Positions 58,645-64,000 of a stretch of DNA of 64,000 bases are shown here, piece by piece. A program made the translations under genes and the position numbers. Below the pieces are notes generated by a model. The model was not told where the DNA came from. It did not search any database and saw only the letters and a program-made list of their open reading frames with translations. The stretch covers positions 66,991 through 130,990 of the forward strand of contig CAZKTA010000007.1 of the NCBI GenBank assembly GCA_964555645.1, in the 5' to 3' direction. Within the stretch, counting starts at the first letter, position 1, and every line of letters starts with the position of its first letter. The DNA comes from an uncultured Verrucomicrobiota bacterium. GTDB taxonomy: Bacteria > Verrucomicrobiota > Verrucomicrobiia > Limisphaerales > DTLC01.

Positions 58645-59682
58645 TTAAGCTGAGTCAGCTTTCTTTAGCATTTCTGCTACGCGTTCACCAAGTGCGACCG
58701 GGTCAGCTACAGACCCGCTGGCTTCTGCAGTGTGCTTTTGGCCCGTCCGAAATGACGCCGCGCGCATGCGCAGGCTGTTACCGACGACTTCAGCATATGC
58801 GGCAACCGGACTTTGGCAACCGCCACCCATTGCGCGTAAAAAGGCGCGTTCTGCAAGGACACTTTGATATGAGTTGAAATGATTCAGCCGAGCGCAAATT
58901 GCGCGCATACGTTCATCGTCTGCACGAATTTCGATCCCGACCGCCCCCTGACCAACGCACGGCATCATTTCATCGGGTTCAAGGATTACAGCAAGCAACC
59001 CATCGGGTACGCCTTCACCTGTTAGCTTGCCGTCGAGTGCAATTGTAAAATTCAGCCGTGTAAGGCCTGCCAGGGCAAGAATTGTTGCGTCAAAAGCATT
59101 GCCCTCTGCAAGCTTTCGTAGGCGTGTAGGCACGTTACCGCGCAACCCGACAAATTTGAGGTCTGACCTTTGTGCCAGCAATTGCGCCCTGCGCCGTGAG
59201 CTGCTTGTGGCAAATATGGTGCCTGCAGGCATGTCAATTAGACGCGTGTGCGGCTCGAAGCCGTGCCTTCTCAGCTCGGCGAATAAGTTGTTTTTCGAGG
59301 GTGAATTTGAATTTTCCACCGGCTCAAGTGCCGCCCGATAAATCAGCACGTCGCGTACATCGGCGCGTTTGCATACTGCACCCAGTGTTAGACCGGCTGG
59401 CAACTCAGTCGGCAGGTCTTTTAAGCTGTGCACGGCCATGTCGGCGCGGTATCTCAGCAGTGCGACTTCAAGTTCTTTGGTGAACAATCCTTTGTGCAGT
59501 TTGTCTGGTGCGTGCGCCAGTGAAGCGGTTTGAAGCTTGTCACCGGTGGTTTTAATGATCTTGAGCTCAAACCTGAGCTTTGGGAAAGCTGCTCTGCATT
59601 GGGCGAGCACACCTTCGGCTTGGGCAAGTGCAAGCGCACTGCCGCGTGTTGCTACTATGATTGGCCGTTCTAGCTGTGGCAT
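58645..59682 (-). CDS. hemC: Hydroxymethylbilane synthase (porphobilinogen deaminase)
   Basis: 345 aa. ATRGSALALAQA, IKTTGDK, GLFTKELE, AVHSLKD, RGNV.TRL, QGAVGIE, GGCQSP. Confidence 0.9.
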   Translation of the reverse strand: MPQLERPIIVATRGSALALAQAEGVLAQCRAAFPKLRFELKIIKTTGDKLQTASLAHAPDKLHKGLFTKELEVALLRYRADMAVHSLKDLPTELPAGLTLGAVCKRADVRDVLIYRAALEPVENSNSPSKNNLFAELRRHGFEPHTRLIDMPAGTIFATSSSRRRAQLLAQRSDLKFVGLRGNVPTRLRKLAEGNAFDATILALAGLTRLNFTIALDGKLTGEGVPDGLLAVILEPDEMMPCVGQGAVGIEIRADDERMRAICARLNHFNSYQSVLAERAFLRAMGGGCQSPVAAYAEVVGNSLRMRAASFRTGQKHTAEASGSVADPVALGERVAEMLKKADSA

Positions 59683-59691
59683 TTGAGTGCG

Positions 59692-60741
59692 CTATTGTTT
59701 GTGTGCAGCGGGGTTGCGTCGGTGCAACTTTTTTAACAGCGCATCCACCCGAGTGCGAATTAATTGTTCGCACCTTGTGATCTCAGCTTGGCGCTCGTAT
59801 GCGTATTGCTGACTGATTGCCTGCAGATCGTCAATGTTGAACAGGAACACGTTGTCCAGCGTGTTGACCTCGGGATGAATGTCCCGCGGCACGGCAACGT
59901 CAATCAGCATTAATGGTCTGCCCCGACGCCGGTTTGTGACGGGTTCGAGCTGTTTGCAGTCTATGATGTAGTGCGGCGCGTTAGTGCTACTGATCACAAT
60001 GTCAATCTCGTCAAAGACAGTTGTCCATGCGTCAAACGGCACAGCTCGACCGCAAAGTTGTGCGGCTAAACGTTCAGCGCGTTCAGGCGAGCGATTCGTT
60101 ATAATGCACTTTGCGCCGCGCGACAGCAAAGCTCGTGCGGCCTTTTCGCCGGTGTCACCTGCGCCAATCACAAGCACGGTGCGGCCTTGCAGCGATGCAA
60201 AAATTCTTTCGGCGAGATCGACCGCAATCGAAGCCACCGACACGTTACCGCGTTGGATATTGGTATGTGTGCGGATGAATTTGGCCGTGTTGAAAGCGGC
60301 TTGGAATGCCATGTTTAGGTTCAGGCCGGTACAGCCGTGTTTAAACGCTATTGCGTAGGCGTGCTTGAGCTGGCCGAAAACCTCTGTCTCGCCCAACACC
60401 ATCGAGTCAAGACCGCATGCAACTTTGAACAGATGTTCGATGCTTTTCGGCTCGGCCAATGTATAGAAGCCTGGATCGAGTGTGTCAGTGTACTTACAGA
60501 AAGTGCGCAAAAAATCTGTCAGAGACCGCCATGCTACAGCCGGCTCGAGCTGTGTTGCTGCGTAAATTTCAACCCGGTTGCAAGTTGAAAGGACAACTGC
60601 TTCATCAGCAACCCCCTGTGCACGCAATTGTTGCAGTGCCGCTGGTATTTGCGCTTCGTCAATAGCAAACCTTTCGCGCACTTCAACAGGTGCGGATTTG
60701 TGGTTTAGGCCGATCAGAACAATTGCCATGGCAGCAGACAC
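59692..60741 (-). CDS. hemA: Glutamyl-tRNA reductase (short form)
   Basis: 349 aa. GLNHKSAPVEVRE, STCNRVEIY (catalytic Cys), VLGETEVFGQLK, VLVIGAGDTGE (NADPH site). It ends soon after the NADPH domain. Confidence 0.9.
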   Translation of the reverse strand: MSAAMAIVLIGLNHKSAPVEVRERFAIDEAQIPAALQQLRAQGVADEAVVLSTCNRVEIYAATQLEPAVAWRSLTDFLRTFCKYTDTLDPGFYTLAEPKSIEHLFKVACGLDSMVLGETEVFGQLKHAYAIAFKHGCTGLNLNMAFQAAFNTAKFIRTHTNIQRGNVSVASIAVDLAERIFASLQGRTVLVIGAGDTGEKAARALLSRGAKCIITNRSPERAERLAAQLCGRAVPFDAWTTVFDEIDIVISSTNAPHYIIDCKQLEPVTNRRRGRPLMLIDVAVPRDIHPEVNTLDNVFLFNIDDLQAISQQYAYERQAEITRCEQLIRTRVDALLKKLHRRNPAAHKQ

Positions 60742-60751
60742 ACTGCAGCTT

Positions 60752-61588
60752 TCAGGGGTTATGCAATTTGGAAAGCAGATTTGTAGCCCAAAAGCTCAAT
60801 AAAACAACCGCAAATGCGCCGACTGACGCACATGCAAACTTCCGGCCGGCGCGCGCGAACCGTATCCTCCAGAGCACCAGACACATGTAAAGCGCCCAAA
60901 TTGCTACTGACCAAACTACCTTGGGATCGCGCAGGTACCCTGCGTCAGTTGTCTCGACAGGCCGCGGCAGGATTGCACCGGTGAGCAACCCGGCACTGAA
61001 CAAGATTAAGCCAGCCAACAACGCGCCGGCTGCGATTGCGTCAAGCCGTTCAATCGGTGGCAACAGGGCCATGACAGCGCGGAGTTTGTGCAATTTCAGA
61101 TTGCGTTCCTGCATCAGATACATTGCGCCGGCAACTGCCCCCACACCAAATGCGCAGTATGCAACAAGTGCCAGTGTTGCGTGTAGGCTTGTCAACGCAA
61201 CGTCGGGTTCAGCGCTGCGCCGGTCGGGTGTGTCTAGCCCGGGCATGAGCGCAAACACGCCCATGCAAAACACAAGCGGCGCGGCAAATACGCCAAAAAA
61301 CTTCATACGCAGCACGAGCCAAAACACAAACTGCACAGCAACGATTGCCCAGGCAACAAAGCTTGTTGCCTCGTATAAGTTGCGCACCGGGCACCTTTGT
61401 TCTGTAATACCACGCTGAAGCATCGAAATGGTGTGAATGGCAAACCCAAGCGCCAGAAGCCAAATGCACATGCGGTTTTCTTTGCGAAAACCTGTCCGCC
61501 AAAGAAAAATTGCGCAGGCTGTGCTCAGCCCGTACACGAGCACTGCACAAAGGAAAAATTCTCGGTCAGTTAGCCACACAACACGCAA
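60752..61588 (-). CDS. Cytochrome c assembly family (CcsA/HemX-like) membrane protein
   Basis: 278 aa polytopic membrane protein immediately upstream of hemA, as in many hemA operons. Trp-rich segment (PKVVWSVAIWALY). Confidence 0.7.
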   Translation of the reverse strand: MRVVWLTDREFFLCAVLVYGLSTACAIFLWRTGFRKENRMCIWLLALGFAIHTISMLQRGITEQRCPVRNLYEATSFVAWAIVAVQFVFWLVLRMKFFGVFAAPLVFCMGVFALMPGLDTPDRRSAEPDVALTSLHATLALVAYCAFGVGAVAGAMYLMQERNLKLHKLRAVMALLPPIERLDAIAAGALLAGLILFSAGLLTGAILPRPVETTDAGYLRDPKVVWSVAIWALYMCLVLWRIRFARAGRKFACASVGAFAVVLLSFWATNLLSKLHNP

Positions 61589-61621
61589 CGAAACCTGCCA
61601 GATCAGGCATGACCCCGCAAC

Positions 61622-62314
61622 TCAACCTTTTTCGGTGCGCGATTTTAGTCGGCCAATTATGCCGTACACTATTAAGTGTCGGTCAGATATCACCTCGACT
61701 TTAAGCTCAAGCAAACCGGCCTTACGCAGTTGAGCTCGGACTTCGGCAGGCGTAAATGCAGCAAGCAACGAATTAAAGAAATCGCGTTTGAGAATCGGCG
61801 GTTCAGCGCCCGAGTATTTCTCGACTAACCATTTTGCTCTATGGGCGGTTTGTGGCCGTTTCAAGTCAGCTACAAAAACAATTGTGCCCGGCCGTGAATA
61901 CACGCGTACTGTTTCCCATAGAACCCCCGGGTCTTGCAGATGATGCAGGAAACTGCTGCAGATGATGATGTCATAGCTCTTGTGCGGCAACTTGACCCCT
62001 GGGAATACACCTCGGATAAGCCGAATGCGGTCCGCAATACGATGCTTTGCAACTGCGCGGCGTGCATATTTGAGCATGGCAGCCGAGCCATCCACAGCAT
62101 CAAACTCATAACCAGGGTTTGACTTTGCAAATCTGATTGTCACGTCGGCTGCGCCGCAGCCAAGGTCAAGCACCGCTGCACGAGCGGGTTTATGAGGGAA
62201 TTTTTCGTCGAACAACCTGACATACCGACTGTGTGGTTCGGCAAAGTCTGCAAGTGCATAAGCCCGGGCCTGTTTGTCCGAAAGCATCAGCTCTGGTTCG
62301 GGCACTCGGTTCAT
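61622..62314 (-). CDS. Class I SAM-dependent methyltransferase
   Basis: 230 aa. Motif I VLDLGCGAAD; post-I and motif II (DAVDGS, IICSSFLHHL). Confidence 0.75.
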   Translation of the reverse strand: MNRVPEPELMLSDKQARAYALADFAEPHSRYVRLFDEKFPHKPARAAVLDLGCGAADVTIRFAKSNPGYEFDAVDGSAAMLKYARRAVAKHRIADRIRLIRGVFPGVKLPHKSYDIIICSSFLHHLQDPGVLWETVRVYSRPGTIVFVADLKRPQTAHRAKWLVEKYSGAEPPILKRDFFNSLLAAFTPAEVRAQLRKAGLLELKVEVISDRHLIVYGIIGRLKSRTEKG

Positions 62315-62356
62315 GGCATGCTGCAGGCCGGCAACCTCGACAGATGCAAAGTCGGC

Positions 62357-63751
62357 TTACTTCGGGTTGTTAGGCGCAAGATTCGCACGGAGGAACTTGT
62401 CCGCCTCAGCCGGTGTAATTTTTTTTGTGTCTGCAATACCTGCTGCGAGGCCGGCTGCAAATGCTGCGGCAGCGGATGTACCTGCCACGATAAAATGTTT
62501 ACCCCCGTAATTCAAAATGCTTACCCCAGGCCCAACTACGTCAATGAAATCCCCTCGATTTGCAAAAGGCGCAATGTTGCGGTTGCCATCTCCTGCTGTT
62601 ACAGCCGTGACATCGGGGTATGCAGCCGGGTAAACCGGTGTGCTCACAGGGACGTTGCCCGCTGCGCCATAAAACACAATGCCTTGCTGGTGCGCGCGCG
62701 CGATGATGTCGCGCAGCAACGGGCTGTCTGCTTCTGTACCCAGACTTAGGTTAATCACAGTTGCACCTGCGTTAACGGCCTCGGCTATACCGCGTGCAAC
62801 ATCGAATGTGGTTGTGTTTGGATTATCGCCGTAGATGTCAATGGGCAAGATTTGCGCCGATGTTTTCCCACCGGTTGCACTCTGCAGGCTCGTAAGGATT
62901 GTGTATGCCATTGAAGTCGCGTGAGTCGGTGTACGCGGGTCTGGCTGCGCTTCGCCCGCAAGCGAAATCGCCTTCAGAAAGAACGAGTCCAGTTCACCTC
63001 CTAACGATTGTATTGGTGTGTCCACCAGACCGATTATCAACCGGTCATTGTTACCCGGCGGATTAAACTTCAGGGTCAATGGCGGTACTGAACTGGCCAG
63101 AACTGGCCGCGCTTGAGCTGGACGATCAATTGCGTAATTATCCTCAACAGACTCAACCTCGGGTGTTGCGGCGAGTCTGCCACGCGCAGCCTCGGCTGCA
63201 TTTGCATCGTCGAACTTGAGCCTGTAAATGTTGCGCTCGGGTATGGTGCCAACCACTCTAGCACCCAGCAACCGTGCGAGCTCGTCAATGTTTGTTCCCG
63301 GTTTGACCCGCACAATCAACTCATCAGCAAGCCGGTTTGTTTTTCCGCTCGACACAACTGGCATGGTGGTGGTCGGTGTAATTGGCCGAGTTGCATCTGC
63401 CATCGAAGTGCGAAACACATAAAGTCGCATCACGCCGTTTGTCTCAGGCACAAGCGCAAAGTTAAAACCGCCGAGCAACCGCCGTAGAGCATCGTTTATC
63501 GGCAACGTTGCGAACTTGACGGAAATGGTGGTCTCAGCCTCAGGCTCGACGTACACATGCCACCCCGTTGCAGCCGCGATATTCTGAAGCACTTTGGTGA
63601 GCGACCAGTCGCGCAGGTCTGCTTGAACATCACCCCGTTGATTGTCCCACACGAACGCGTCGGCGCCACGGCCCGGTCCACAGACCAAAACCAACCAACA
63701 TGTAACCGCCGCCACACAACACAGCCTGCCAATGGTCACGTTTGTGCTCAC
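62357..63751 (-). CDS. S8-family (subtilisin-like) serine peptidase with N-terminal STN-like domain
   Basis: 464 aa with a signal-like N-terminus. Candidate triad: Asp in IGLVDTPI, His in THATSMA and Ser in AGTSAAAAFAAG, with oxyanion Asn in GAAGN. The N-terminal segment WSLTKVLQNIAAATGWHVYVEP..ISVKF..LPINDALRRLLGGFNF resembles secretin/TonB short N-terminal (STN) domains. Confidence 0.8.
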   Translation of the reverse strand: MSTNVTIGRLCCVAAVTCWLVLVCGPGRGADAFVWDNQRGDVQADLRDWSLTKVLQNIAAATGWHVYVEPEAETTISVKFATLPINDALRRLLGGFNFALVPETNGVMRLYVFRTSMADATRPITPTTTMPVVSSGKTNRLADELIVRVKPGTNIDELARLLGARVVGTIPERNIYRLKFDDANAAEAARGRLAATPEVESVEDNYAIDRPAQARPVLASSVPPLTLKFNPPGNNDRLIIGLVDTPIQSLGGELDSFFLKAISLAGEAQPDPRTPTHATSMAYTILTSLQSATGGKTSAQILPIDIYGDNPNTTTFDVARGIAEAVNAGATVINLSLGTEADSPLLRDIIARAHQQGIVFYGAAGNVPVSTPVYPAAYPDVTAVTAGDGNRNIAPFANRGDFIDVVGPGVSILNYGGKHFIVAGTSAAAAFAAGLAAGIADTKKITPAEADKFLRANLAPNNPK

Positions 63752-64000
63752 ACAGTTTTAGATACACCGCTTCCGCGCACAAGTTACGCCACAACCACCC
63801 AAAAGCAAGTTGGACACGGCGCATATCCCACCGACTGGATCAGCCCAGCCGCGCCGCTACAATGATGACCCGCACGCAGACCGATGTATTCGTTTACACC
63901 ACAACTCGGCAGCCTTGCAAATCGTTGTAAAAGCCGGTGCACCGGCCGCCCGGCCGCTTTTGCCTGAACTCACCACGCTGATGACCCGCCGTGGATTTGC

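Noticed and set aside
1-64000. I looked for CRISPR arrays, transposases or integrases, IS ends, prophage genes, toxin-antitoxin pairs, reverse transcriptases or other defence-system hallmarks, and DnaA-box clusters.
   Set aside because: I noticed no regularly spaced direct repeats, none of these protein families among the ORFs, and no TTATCCACA or TGTGGATAA boxes. The window looks like core chromosome rather than an accessory island.

Overview
This is a gene-dense chromosomal segment with about 60 supportable CDS and mostly short or overlapping gene junctions. It probably comes from a PVC-superphylum (Verrucomicrobiota-like) bacterium. That is an inference from an H-X9-DG/DUF1559-type prepilin-like protein, ArnT-like membrane proteins and glycan-utilisation genes, not a database result. 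Most of the content is housekeeping: purB, pyrD, hisS, mdh, thiE, aroK, queG, hemA/hemC with a ccsA-like gene, the rpsP-KH-trmD-rplS operon, an HU/IHF protein, an HtrA protease and a rhomboid protease. There are two sugar modules. The first (0.4-6.8 kb) is a translationally coupled operon of an L-fucose-isomerase-like gene, a split transketolase, a four-helix-bundle gene, a glycerol-kinase-like FGGY kinase and an orphan RbsB-like binding lipoprotein. The second (46-58.6 kb) holds GH31, a GPH symporter, a URO-D-like protein, a beta-helix protein, an SSS symporter, galM and galK. The most system-like item I cannot fit to a textbook architecture is a tightly coupled 8-gene type-IV-filament/T2SS-like operon (18.2-22.9 kb). 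It has a short GspE-type ATPase, two complete GspF paralogues in tandem, two pseudopilins (one with a non-canonical cleavage motif) and two tiny membrane proteins. No secretin, prepilin peptidase or assembly-platform accessory genes are recognisable in the window. Two coding-poor stretches stand out against the dense background: a 488-bp convergent spacer (15.2-15.7 kb) and a roughly 1.8-kb region (30.7-32.5 kb) that is either a decayed secreted-protein gene or an unannotated RNA. By eye I found no tRNA or rRNA, CRISPR array, transposase or integrase, or recognisable defence-system gene. All functional calls rest on motif and family recognition from the translated ORFs; no searches were run.
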